Shown: positions 1 through 12,793 of the stretch, piece by piece
How positions within the stretch are numbered: position 1 is the first letter of the stretch
How the letters are laid out: each line of letters starts with the position of its first letter
Source: Chrysomallon squamiferum
Taxonomy: Eukaryota > Animalia > Mollusca
Length of the DNA stretch: 64,000 nt
Reading direction: 5' to 3'
Assembly (NCBI GenBank): GCA_012295275.1
Contig: CM022674.1
Coordinates: 5,208,001 to 5,272,000, forward strand
The notes under the pieces: model-generated
What the model was told of the DNA's origin: nothing
Seen by the model: the letters and a program-made list of their open reading frames with translations, nothing else
Databases searched by the model: none
Program-made: the position numbers and the translations under genes

Positions 1-560
1 ATTTTATCTATGTAATGAAGGCATTTCTTTATTGCTAATCCTTGGGTTGTTCTATCTTACTTATATCATTTATATAATTATATTACTCATGATTTTTTTC
101 TTTATTATTAATATATTTTTTTCTAAGTTAATGGCTTAATATATGGGATTATGGTATTAATAGTCTATAAATAAAATAGGAAAGGAACTGTTTTAACAAA
201 TTTATTTGGAAACTTAACACAGTTGTGAATTTTATATATTGTTATATTATATTATTATATTATTATATTCTTTATTATATTATTTATCATTACATTATTA
301 GTAATATTATCATTATTTATTTATTAATAATATTTTTATTTATTTTTTATTTATTTATTTATCAATTTATTTATTTGTTAATTAGTGGATTTAGAATTAG
401 AAGTATTAAAATGTAATAAACAATGTAGAGTTAGGAAGATTACAATTGATATTTTACTTATTTACTTCACTTACACCTATATATTTCTTGTTTCTCAACT
501 TTCTCACCATTTACATTATCTAGCATTAACTGTAAACTCAGTCCTTAAAATGTGTGGAAT

Positions 561-591
<31 letters not shown>

Positions 592-595
592 ATTG

Positions 596-651
<56 letters not shown>

Positions 652-916
652 GTTAGGTTGTGTTAAAATGAAAGTTGTTGCACAAACGTTTCATGTTATT
701 TCTTCCACCATCACAAATTATGTGTGTTTACGTCATCACTATGACAACCGATTTGTCTTGTTTATTCTATTACTATTATTCTTATTGTTTTCTTTGTACT
801 AAATGTGTAACACTTAATGTTATTACATTGATCAACGTTGTTTTCTTTTTTTTTCTTTTTTTCCCTCCATTTTTATGAGTTGGTCGTCAAGACAACTTGA
901 TGTGAAAGTTACTTTT

Positions 917-947
<31 letters not shown>

Positions 948-1615
948 TGCTGTTTATTTGTTATTTCTCACTCTTTACTTTTTCTCTCTTTTTTTTTTTT
1001 TTTTAATAAACTGTTTGCAGTTGACTGTAGTGAGTTGTATTTTTCATTTTCCCTATGGACATTTCTAATAACAAAACTTTAACTCTGGTAACAAAACACA
1101 ATATCCAGGGATACCCCCCCAAAACCCACGATATATACAAATGTAGTTCATGGAATAGACAACATGAAGATTGCAGTTTCTAATACAAACAACATAAAAA
1201 ATGTGCATAATAGGTATAATAAGATATTAGTACAATAACATGTGCTTTAATGATAACTATTCATGTTATATTGAGAAAAAAACAATGGAAGGTAAGTTAT
1301 CAATACAGTAAGTTGATCCAAACTTTAATTAATGTATAGAATAAATTTGCCTGTGATGCATATACCTTCCAGGTGTTAGTACACCATTTGAATAGGTTTT
1401 AATTTAAAATTTTACACAACAAACTGTTCTTTTTAAAAAAAAAATTAAAAAATTAGGTTATTAATGTCCAATATAATAATAACAGCCATGCATTGTTTTA
1501 TCTGCAATTTCAATTGGTTATTTTTCACAAGAAAGGCACTTTAAAATGAATATTTTTTCCTCAAGCATGGCACTTTAAATTTAAAACTCACATTTACCAA
1601 AATTTCATAACAGAG

Positions 1616-2853
1616 CAGTGGTTCTAAACAGAATTTTGGAATTTGGGGCACATTTGAAGCCTTACAAAATATTGCAAGGTTGTCTATCCTCTATGTCAGA
1701 TTCTTCATCATTTCACATATAAATGGTTCTTGTCTGGAATCTCTACTGTTTGATTTCACTGATGTATTTAAACGCTTCTTGTCTGGTTTCTGTGATATAT
1801 TTGATTTTCTACTGTGAGAGATGTTCACTGATATATTTAGAGTTACTGCCCTTGTGTGAGAGGATGTTTCACTGGTATATTTAGAGTTACTGCCCTTGTG
1901 TGAGAGATGTTCACCGAAATATTTAGTTACTGCCCTTGTGTGAGAAGTGTTCTCTGATATATTTAGAGTTACTGCCCTTGTGTGTGAGATGTTCACTGAT
2001 ATATTTAGAGTTACTGCCCTTGTGTGAGAGTGTTCATTGATATATTTAGTTACTGCCCTTGTGTGAGAGATGTTCACCAACATATTTAGAGTTACTTCCC
2101 TTGTGTGAGAGATGGTCACCGATGTATTTAGTTACCTCCCTTGTGTGAGAGATGTTCACCAACATATTTAGAGTTACTGCCCTTGTGTGAGAGATGTTCA
2201 CCGATATATTTAGTTACCTCTCTTGTGTGAGAGATGTTCACTGCTATATTTAGTTATCTCCCTTCTCTGAGTATATACCTTTATTCATCATCTATTTTGT
2301 GCTTATGAGACTGACATGTCTTGGCAATTTCTTTAAAAATATTGTAATATGAAATACAAAGCAATGGACTTTTAAAATATCAAAAAAAATACAAGGCTAC
2401 ATTTTTAATGGTGTACATTGTTCAGTGAGGGAAAAGTTTTATCAATCATTTTCTTTTAACAAATTTAACACTATAGTAAGCTAAAAGTCCATAAAATAAT
2501 AAAGTTTTAGATTGGTAGTGACTGTGACAGTGATAGGAATACATGTCACAAGAAACTTTTGGCTTATTAATCACACTTGCGCACCCTATCACTCATCTTG
2601 CCACTGGTAAACTACTGTGCAGCCTTGAGCAGCTGCACTTGCTCATCAGCCAAAACTTGTTTCAAACGAGTTTATGTGTATAAAATCTTCTTCCAGGCAA
2701 CCTGCTATTTCTTACTGGATATCTTTCCACTCTTAACATGATCAATTTTTTATCATCACAAATTTGTACCAAGATCCTAGAATTTCTTGGGGCACACCTA
2801 AGCATGTCTCTGGGTTATAGGGTGTGCCAGGCCACACCCTTTGAGAACCACTG
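1616..2853. mobile_element. hAT/Charlie-like terminal inverted repeats (non-autonomous remnant or remnants)
   Basis: cagtggttctaaac at 1616-1629 and tttgagaaccactg at 2840-2853 (12/14 inverted match, CAGTGGTTCTC-type end); subterminal ggcacac/gtgtgcc motifs near both ends. The 8-bp flanks do not match. Confidence 0.45.
1811..2270. repeat. Minisatellite, about 11 copies of a ~40-42 bp unit (gagatgttcactgatatattt[ag]agttactgcccttgtgtga)
   Basis: Tandem units directly visible; long and short variants differ mainly by an AG indel. Confidence 0.95.
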
Positions 2854-3029
2854 ACTTACACGGCTCTGTGTCTGTATCTTGACAGTAAGGATTACAACAC
2901 ACACATTTGATATGTGTATATATTATTTATTACATAACTGTTACAAAATATGAGCACTTATAAAAGAAAAGAAAACAAGTAGCATCTTCATGTAAAAATA
3001 TAACCTATGTGGCTTCATTAAGTCTTATC

Positions 3030-3066
<37 letters not shown>

Positions 3067-3751
3067 TAATACAGAAACATAGAAATACTAAAATCCACTG
3101 ACACATACATCTTCAGACACACACTACAATTTCATTAAAAGCAATAAAAGAATATTCCATGTGGCAATGTCTTTCTGCATGTACTGTAAAAGAATAAAAT
3201 GTCTGGGAACATCAATACATCTTTTTTTGTCAACATGTATATCCCAAATTTTCCATTAGTAAAATAAATGAAAAGGCAATCTAATATTTTTAACTGAAAA
3301 ATACATCTTCATTAATAATAATAAATAATAATTATAATAAGAAGAAGAAGAAGAAGAAGAAGAAAGAGAAACAGCCCAGAAATAATAATAAAACCCAATG
3401 TATGTTTCAGAAGTTATTTGTGAAACAAACCTCATTGTAATAGATACAACTCTTCTAATTACACACATACATATTTACCCAAACCACACAAATACACACA
3501 TACAGAAATACTCATCTATGAATATGTACACCACACATATTAAAACATTTCCCCCACACACACACACACACACATATATATAATTATATACAAACCCATA
3601 AAATATATCCCTGATAACAAAATATAATATAAAGTGATACATAAGCCTTTATAATTTTTTGGTTCAATCTATCATTGTTTGTTTGTCTGTATGTCTGTGT
3701 GTACATATGTTAAATATACACAGTCTGGGACCACAGACAATAGATGTAGTT

Positions 3752-3802
3752 TTAAATATATATCATTGATGTTAAATCTTCTTCTTCATTTTTACAGTAA
3801 AT
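3752..3802 (-). CDS. Gene A terminal coding exon (IYCKNEEEDLTSMIYI*), ending in an HbYX motif
   Basis: ttttaatctttcag acceptor, phase 0, 16 codons + TAA. Acidic stretch followed by hydrophobic-Tyr-X at the C-terminus. Confidence 0.75.
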   Translation of the reverse strand: MYCKNEEEDLTSMIYI

Positions 3803-4735
3803 CTGAAAGATTAAAACCAAAATTAAGAATTACATTAGAAACAAATCTATTAAGCCTTAATTATAATCACTGATTAGTATTAAATAAAAAAAAAAAAAAA
3901 AAAAGTCATAACTAAGACTCACATGTATTTTTGATAAACAAATTCAGTTTTCATTTTTAAAATATTTTGAATATATATTTCCAAATGTACAAAATGTGGT
4001 CATGAAAACTCATGATTAAATACATTTGTATTCCATTTACATTAATATCAAGATTTATCTGTTTTATGAAATGAAAAATGGTAAAATGATAATGAAAACT
4101 GAATTTATCATTCATGAAACAAAAATCACTGTAAGAGAAGAAAAAATATTTTATAAGTGCATTTACACAGAAAAACACTATTATCAAAATACACCTTCTC
4201 ATTAACAGAAGAAAAAACCCCAAAACCACTGTTGTAAAAATAGTGAAATATACTCTCTGATGCCATGAAACAAATGAAGCACTTGTATACAAATCCTACA
4301 AACCCTGCAAATGTTATCTAAAGCATTTTTGCACAGTGAAATACCATCATTAATGAGACAAATATATCTATGTAACATTGCTTCTTTGATATCTGTCTAA
4401 ATATACACAAATACACACACACACACAGACACACACACTCATATATATATATACACACATATGTATACATACATATATACACACACATACACATAAATAC
4501 ATACTATATACATACATATATATATTCAGACTCACTAACAAATACACAGACACATATACACACACATACATACACACACACATATATATATACATACATG
4601 TGTGTATAATATGTATACATATATATACATATATACACACACACACACATATACATCTGTATATATACACACACACATATATACACACACAAACACATCT
4701 ACCATCAAAACATTTTAAAAAACAATTATACACAC

Positions 4736-4897
4736 CAGAGACAGACTAAGTTCCAGCTGAAATCTGAGGTGAAGGGCGTCTGACAGTTTATTCTGAAATG
4801 ACATGATCTTCTGAAGAGTTCTGTCAGCCATGTTTGCCTTCCCAGGCTCCACTTTGCCACTGAGAACTGAGAATATGTTACAGGGCAAACCTACAAC
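4736..4897 (-). CDS. Gene A exon 6 (VVGLPCNIFSVLSGKVEPGKANMADRTLQKIMSFQNKLSDALHLRFQLELSLSL)
   Basis: ctgccag acceptor, 162 nt (phase 0/0), CTG|GTGTGT donor; matches ORF 4715..4912. Confidence 0.82.
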
Positions 4898-5084
4898 CTG
4901 GCAGCACAGCACATACCACGATAAGTAAAGAAGCAGTAGTTTAGATATGAAGGTACATTATTATATCATTGTGTTATCAAACAATTTTATTGCGTTTATG
5001 ATTACATTACAATATATGTATAAATATAAATATTAATATAGAGAAAGAGAGAGAGACATATACAGACAGACAGACACATATATA

Positions 5085-5143
5085 GATAACAATGATAACA
5101 AAAATCACAACAAAATCAATAACAACAACAACAATAACAATTA

Positions 5144-5201
<58 letters not shown>

Positions 5202-5511
5202 AATAGCAAAATAATAACTATAATAATAACAATAATAACAATAATAATAAAATAATAATAAGAATAATAATAATAATAATAACAATAACAGTAATAGTAA
5301 TAATAACATAACAATAATAATAATAATAATAACAATAATAATAATAATAATAATAAAAATAATAACTTAATAATAACAATAACAATAATAGTAATAATAA
5401 CAAAAATAATAATAATAATAATAATATCAACAACAATAATAATAACAATATTAATAATAGTAACAACAATAATAACAATAATAATAATAATAACAATAAC
5501 AACAATAATAA
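5085..5511. repeat. (AAT/AAC)n compound microsatellite in a Gene A intron
   Basis: Directly visible. Confidence 0.95.
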
Positions 5512-5523
5512 AGTAAAATGCAC

Positions 5524-5698
5524 CTGTATCATCTGTATGACAGTACTGAGAAAAGGGTCGCATATTTTAGTTGAGTCTGGGATGGGAGGACAGGATGTCA
5601 TTGCTGCAGCGCTGTTGAAAGTGTTCTCAAACACGTCGTTGTCTTCATCAGCCAGGTCAATGTTGAGTGCCGTCAGTATCACCATCTTCTCCACCTTG
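5524..5698 (-). CDS. Gene A exon 5 (S-KVEKMVILTALNIDLADEDNDVFENTFNSAAAMTSCPPIPDSTKICDPFLSTVIQMIQ)
   Basis: tttcag acceptor, 175 nt (phase 2 to 0), CAG|GTGCAT donor; GC-richer island matching ORF 5218..5694. Confidence 0.88.
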
Positions 5699-6050
5699 CT
5701 GAAATTTAAAAATCATTTTAATCATTTAAAAATATAAATATTGTGTAAGAAGTGACGTAATTTATTTTTTTGAAGATTTGTTCTTTGATTAAAAGAAATA
5801 TTAAACGTAAGTAATGTGTTGACATTTTTGAGAGTTTTAAAATATATTTTTTATTTTTTATTTTTTTTTTTATTTGTCTATAGTTATTATTTATTTGTCG
5901 TCAACAACAATTTATGTTTGATAATAAGAACATATGTAATAATAGTAATAATAATAATAATGATGATCATAAATAATGATAATAATAAATAATAATAAAA
6001 ATAATAAATAATGATAATAATAAATAACAATAATAAATAATGATGATATG

Positions 6051-6083
<33 letters not shown>

Positions 6084-6117
6084 TTTTCTTGACATATCAG
6101 TTTTAAAATTAATTTAC

Positions 6118-6203
6118 CTTTTAATACAGAGATCAATAATCTTGCCACCGACATAGTGACACTTTGATCCAGGTACAACACAGTTGACAACAACAATAGT
6201 AAA
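6118..6203 (-). CDS. Gene A exon 4 (FTIVVVNCVVPGSKCHYVGGKIIDLCIK)
   Basis: gtatttcag acceptor, 86 nt (phase 0 to 2), AG|GTAAAT donor, open frame. Confidence 0.85.
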
Positions 6204-6864
6204 CTGAAATACAGGTAAATGTGCCAATCTAATATAAACATGTTAAAATTACAATAACAAGTAAACATGTTAGAATTACAAATAAAAGTGTTAAAATGAG
6301 ATGGAAATGTTAAAAATACTGGTAAACATTTTAGAATTACAGGTAACTTTGATGAATAAATTAAAAATATACATTTTTATCCTAGATATTTCAACAATTT
6401 TAAATTTTGATAAGAATAAATAGTCTAATTACATTCTGCATCATTTTACCAAGTTAAGCTTTATTCCATTTTTGATGTCCAATCTTAACTAATAATAAAT
6501 AACGAAAGAGAACAGTTAAAAAAACAGCTGGAGAGAGACCGATTTCCTCTAGAATTTCTTCTAGTGTTGTCAGATAAAACATAGCTATGAGTCTACCATG
6601 TGATGTGATAAAAACATGATTTTAGTTGTGATTGAGTAAAATCATTCAGATGTTTTTAACATTATTTTAATATTCATGCTTTGTTAATAATAAAGTCATT
6701 TTATCCAGAAGAACAAAATAAAAACACAGAAGATTTATACTGCTACAGACATAGAATAAATAATATAAAACAGAAAGATGTAAATAGATTTATGTTAAAA
6801 ATTATATATATTAAATATAGCATGACAAAAAAATAAAATAAAATAAAATAATGTTTATATTTAC

Positions 6865-6876
6865 CTCATCATCTGT
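6865..6876 (-). CDS. Gene A candidate 12-nt microexon (TDDE)
   Basis: Poly-T tract + caatacag acceptor, then ACAGATGATGAG, then GTAAAT donor. Frame-preserving (phase 0/0). Confidence 0.6.
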
Positions 6877-6994
6877 CTGTATTGAAAAAAAAAAATTTAT
6901 ATAAAAATTAAACAATTTTCATTGTTTTGTAAATCATTCTAAATTTTACATTTCAGTTGGTATCATCATCATCATCATGTTCATCATCATCAAG

Positions 6995-7039
<45 letters not shown>

Positions 7040-7162
7040 TACTCATTTATTTATTTATTTATTTAAAAACAATTTAAATAAGCATTACTTGAAAAAACAT
7101 AAATACAAAACTCATGTTATCTGGAAGCCAAAAACTATATTTTTATTTTAACTATATGTGTG

Positions 7163-7195
<33 letters not shown>

Positions 7196-7234
7196 TTAAA
7201 TAAAATAAAAATAATTATGGAATTAATTACCAAC

Positions 7235-7391
7235 CTGAGTATATTGACAGTTAAACACTTGAAGGGCAGAGAACTCTTTGTCTCCAGCCTTTGGAGTTAC
7301 CCCTCTTATACAAACAGGTTTCAAGTCGGAAAGTTCTGGAATGTTCAGATCAAGATACTCTTTTTTCATGTTAATTCCAAGTAACGTTCGA
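7235..7391 (-). CDS. Gene A exon 2 (S-RTLLGINMKKEYLDLNIPELSDLKPVCIRGVTPKAGDKEFSALQVFNCQYTQ)
   Basis: tctttcag acceptor, 157 nt, CAG|GTTGGT donor (an alternative GTAATT donor lies 4 nt further on). Non-repetitive island matching ORF 7223..7420. Confidence 0.85.
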
Positions 7392-8124
7392 CTGAAAGAT
7401 AACAATAATAACAATAACAATGATCAGAATAACAATAACAACTATAATAATTGTTATAATCACAATAATAATAATAATAAAATAACAACAACAATTATAA
7501 TAACAATAATTATAACAATAAAATAATATTTATAATATTTATAATTACAATAATAATAATCTTAATTATAATCATACTAACAACAATGATAATAATTGTA
7601 ATAATAATAATAACAACAATAATAATAATTAGTGATGAAAAAGCTGCTACTGATGATGATCATAATAACAATAACAGCCTAATAATCATTGATAACAACA
7701 ATAATCATAATAATAATGATTACAATAATAAGAAAAGGAAATGATAATGATAATGATGATTATAAAGATGAAGATAATTTTTGTTATATTAATAATTAAA
7801 ATTAATAATAAAAATTAAAATAACAAAGATGATGATAATAATGAATGAATGGAGAAAATAAAGAAAGAATGAAATATGGTATAAAATTAATAACTGAACA
7901 AAATTATAATGTAAATAAACAGATTTAATTATATTGATAATTTAATGATAATTATCTAATCAGTAACTTTTGTCACATAGTTCAAAATGTTTACTATATA
8001 TCTGTGTGTGCTACATATTCCTTGAAAATTAGTTTATAAATCATAACAATTTATATAGCATCATCAATACTTAAAAATGTGAAGCTGTAACAAATATAAA
8101 AATATTTCAAATAATGGATAACCA

Positions 8125-8178
<54 letters not shown>

Positions 8179-8435
8179 AATTTATAAATAATTAAAAATG
8201 ACTAAAAATGAGATGGAAAATCAGATAACATAAAAAAGAAAGAATAAATAAAAGAAAAATATACAACTAATACAAAATTTTAAAGGCGAAAAATCAAAAA
8301 ACGAATCGAAGAAAGATGAAGAAAATGAATGAAAAGAAATAAAGACGAAACATTATAATTAACATTGTAAATAAACTACTAAACAAGAATTCAGTCTTTT
8401 AAGACTTTTTGTTCGAGGAACATTTCTTTTCTTAC

Positions 8436-8545
8436 CTCCCGATAGCAGCCACATCTATGTAAGCGAGATAAACTGTACGTTTAAACAAAAATTCTTTTGC
8501 ATTTGAGTCTGTCGTGGAATCCTTCCCATCCGTCTGCTCTGGCAT
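8436..8545 (-). CDS. Gene A coding exon 1 (MPEQTDGKDSTTDSNAKEFLFKRTVYLAYIDVAAIG); PAC2-fold-like protein with C-terminal HbYX
   Basis: ATG at 8545-8543, 110 nt open frame, ends AG|GTAAGA (phase 2), matching the phase of the next exon. Confidence 0.8.
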
Positions 8546-8744
8546 CGTGGAAGAAAAAAAAGAAGATATAAATGAAGTTAGAAAAACGCGAAGAATCAAA
8601 ATAACATAGTGTCAGAAGGTTAAACATAAACAGACCAACTGGCTATCAGGGGACATAATTCTAAACTACTGCTACTTGCGTAACAATGTTTATGGATTTA
8701 TAAATGAAAGAATTTGTTTAATATATTACAAAATCTTTTACATC

Positions 8745-8787
<43 letters not shown>

Positions 8788-8864
8788 ATTGTTGTTGTTA
8801 TTGTTATTTGGATTACTGTTGTTGTTCCTGGCAAACTTATTAATATTTCAATTTTCTTTTATTG

Positions 8865-8941
<77 letters not shown>

Positions 8942-9075
8942 AATAATAATAATAAAGCAAAACAAAAACAATATATTTTTTTTTAAAGTCTAACCAACCG
9001 TTCAGTATATCGCCGATATTACCAGTAAAAGGATTTACAACACGGAAAAGTGACTGCAATTTACTGAATGCAAAA

Positions 9076-9085
9076 GCCGCCATTT
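9076..9085 (-). promoter_or_regulatory. YY1-like motif (AAATGGCGGC) in the putative promoter/5' region of Gene A
   Basis: Close match to the AANATGGCG/CCGCCAT consensus, about 530 nt upstream of the ATG, in CpG-retaining sequence and oriented with the gene. Confidence 0.35.
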
Positions 9086-9690
9086 CACATCTGAAGGAAG
9101 AATTACAAATTTCCTTGATACTTTAAACGTAACGATTCCTCTCACAAGAAGAGTTTTCCGTAAATGTTAAGATTGGTCTTTTTCGAAGAGAACAGTATGG
9201 CAGCGTTAAGTCACCAAATAAGTTATTTTTAATATCTATGTTCTTCTAGTCAAATTCCACAAAGAAAACTGCATGAATATACAAAATGTACCGCAAATCA
9301 ATCTATTTCGTCACCAAAATTATTTATAGTGTTCGTTGTTATGACGAAACAATTATGACGTCACATTGATTAATCGCTGTTTTCCCCAGACGTTCAAAAC
9401 GGTAAACACAAATACAATACGAAACCATAACACCATCGTTTAATTGCATTTTAGCTATAACGACAGCTTGGTAAAAATAACGAAATATTTACGTAATTAT
9501 CAATTCGACTGTATCTATTTTATTAGCACACATTTGAACATAAATGTAAAACTGATGTCTCCTAAATTAATGAATATCGCCGTAATAAAAAGGTATTTTC
9601 TGACATATTTTATTGTTTTGTTTTGACAACAACCATTAGGTCGTTTTAAAGGTGCATGTACGTATGTGTGTGTGTGTGTATATATGTATG

Positions 9691-9741
<51 letters not shown>

Positions 9742-10572
9742 GTGTGTGGGTTGTGTTCTTGTGTCAGTGTGTGTGTGTGTGTAGCATTAGGGTTAGGACT
9801 ATATACATTTCTTACTATTTGTTTTCTCTTTTTACTGGTTTTGTCTGTTAATATAACTGTTTATATATTTCTTTTTTCTGCTTCTTTTTAAAATTTATTT
9901 TTATTTATTTGTAGTGATATTTGTTAATTTGCTGTCGTTTTATCGACGTATATGTATATCTATATAATCTCTTTGTCGTCTGTGTATTTATTTTTCTCTC
10001 TGTCTCTCTCTCTCTCCATTTCTATTTGTCCACCTGTATATCTGCCGATTTGCGTCTGAACATCTGTACACCTTTGTTTCACTTCCTAAAGCCGACATGG
10101 GGTGCCGAACGTTCATTCATTCATTCTCTATGTCTGTCTGTCTATCTTTCTATTCGTATGTGTATTTAAGTCAACAACATTTTGTATTAACCGTGTAAAG
10201 GCAGTGCACCGCAGAATTTCTGACCTTTGGTAAAATAACAAACAGCGTGGCAGGTAATATATTTAATATTATCCGTACAGCCAGACAACATCCAGCGAGG
10301 TTTCCGTCACCAGCTGTTGCCATTTTACTCTTTCATCGTGTGATCTGTCAACTTCATTAATGATTTACATTATTAACACCTGTCACTGAGGTTCAGCGTG
10401 TTGGAAATAAAAGACATGGAACTGATGATACGTATCTGCGCGTGTATTTGTGTTTGCTCGCTATTTTCGTTCTCTTTCTCTCTCTCTCTGTTTATCTCTC
10501 TTTCTCTTTTATCTTTGTGTCTGACTGTCTGTCTGTCTGTGCGTGGTTGTATATATCTTCACACACACACAT

Positions 10573-10930
10573 TATGTATGTATGTATGTATGTGTGTATG
10601 CATGTGTATGTATGTATGTATGTATGTATGTATGTATGTATGTATGTATGTATGTATGTATGTATGTATGCATGTATATATGTATGTATGTGTGTGTGTA
10701 TGTATGTATGTGTGTCTATGTATATGTATATATGTATGAAGATAGATACAACATTAGGTAGGTAAGTAAAGACAGATATATATATATATACACATCTCTA
10801 TACCTATCTATCTATCTATCTATCTCCCTGTATTTCTATATATCTATCTATCTATGTATCTATCCATCCATCCATCTATCTATCTATCTGTCTCTCCATC
10901 TATCTATATATCTATCTATCTATCTATCAC
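10573..10930. repeat. (TATG)n followed by (TATC)n microsatellites
   Basis: Directly visible. Confidence 0.95.
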
Positions 10931-11211
10931 CCTTTCTTTTTGTTTTTCATATATTTGTTTCCTTCAACCAAACTGTTGCTGAAGTTACTCGCGTACTTAC
11001 ATTGAATTCGACCAGCGAAAAATGCTGCACGGTTAACGCTCATTAGGTTATTGCTAATACAATAAGAGGTATTCTACTCTCCATGATGACCAATGCCACA
11101 CGGCCTTTGGTCAAGTGCTGGCCTTAGCACCAGGGAGCACATGTATCGTCGGAGCCGTCAAAAGCTATTAATTTCTTACCTTGACATATCTGTCACTTTC
11201 TGTATGTATCA

Positions 11212-11292
<81 letters not shown>

Positions 11293-11351
11293 CATATATA
11301 TATATCTACACACACACACACATACACACATATATGAGACTTGTCTGTCTG

Positions 11352-11382
<31 letters not shown>

Positions 11383-12503
11383 ATGTATGTGTATATATGT
11401 ATATAATTATATGTATGTATCTGTCTATCTGTTTGTCTTTTATATGTATATACTATGTACGCTCATCTCTTTTTCATCACTCTGCTTCTCTCGTTTTCAT
11501 CCACAAATTCTCACATTTAATCAACAAAACACAGTTTCCTTTGCTGGTCTTTCAGTTTTAAGATTACGCAATAAATGTTTGGCGTTACTACCAAGTGACG
11601 TCAAATGCCGAAATATTTATGATGTTTTCAAGCTTCCAAATGTCGACACTCGTGCTCCAAACAGTTTCAACGAAATGAATACTCGCCTAGTTCGATTGTA
11701 AACTGATTTCTCAAAGGTAACATAAAAATAAAATAGGCACTTGTAAGATTCCTCAAGTTGCCATCCTAAGCAGTAATAGAGCATGGATGGTTCGATACGA
11801 TTATGACGTCATAAAGATATTTTTACGTTAGCTTTACATAGAAACATAGGTAGGTAACGTTGATATATATATGACGTCATTGATAAAGTCAGTGTTGTAA
11901 TGCATGCAGTTGTCATGACGATGCCTTTTCGAAGTTCATATTAATTTTCAAATTTACCGTTTGGAAGTTATATGTTAAAAGATGTATGTCTGCGTTTGTA
12001 TAAAATAAATGAATGAATAAAACAAAACAAAAGAAAAAATAACAAAAGTAATTTCTAAATTCATTTATTTCTGACAGTACTGGCTGAATGTTTTTCTTAA
12101 AATATTTACATATATACACATATGTATATATAGATAGATATATCTATATCACGAATTAGTATATAACATATACATGAAATATCATTTAAAAGAATTGCTT
12201 TTGATGGAGAGCATGAAGTTCTGAAAATGTATTGTGGTGAAAATTTTATTCATTCATAAATATATGCGCCTTTTGGAAGTATGAGACTGAATTAAACATG
12301 AAATGAGAGAGAGCAAAAGAAAGTTTTAATTTAACCCTGTTATACTGTATGAATCCCAGAGGCCTCATAAATGGTAAATGTTTATAACAACAATAATAAG
12401 AATAATGCTGTGTATATATATATATATATTTGTTCATTCAGTTGTCGTTATACTCATCATTATCATGACCATCATCCTTCTTTTTGTTTTTATGATGATG
12501 ATG

Positions 12504-12550
<47 letters not shown>

Positions 12551-12693
12551 TTATTATTGCTGTTGTTGTTGTTGCTGTTGCTGTTGTTATTGAAACCTAA
12601 TGTGTTTTTACTTGAAAAAAGGGTACGATATACGTAATGTATATTAATGTCATAATTCAAGAGTTCAGCAATGCAAACCAGATAAGAGGGAGG

Positions 12694-12793
<100 letters not shown>

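Noticed and set aside
1285-1395. + strand ATGGAAG|GTAAGT ... ttccag mini-intron
   Set aside because: The spliced product is only 9 codons (MEGVSTPFE*) with no other support.
1811-2270. Regularly spaced repeats as a CRISPR array (also 58402-59040 and 30325-30480)
   Set aside because: Units are head-to-tail with no unique spacers, the context is eukaryotic and there are no cas genes.
3957-4300. Minus-strand ORF 3957..4292 as the last exon of Gene A
   Set aside because: Low-complexity F/I-rich translation. The nearest strong acceptor gives an immediate stop, and the 3752-3802 exon fits much better.
9787-9797. TTAGGGTTAGG telomere-like motif
   Set aside because: Fewer than two full units; compatible with chance.
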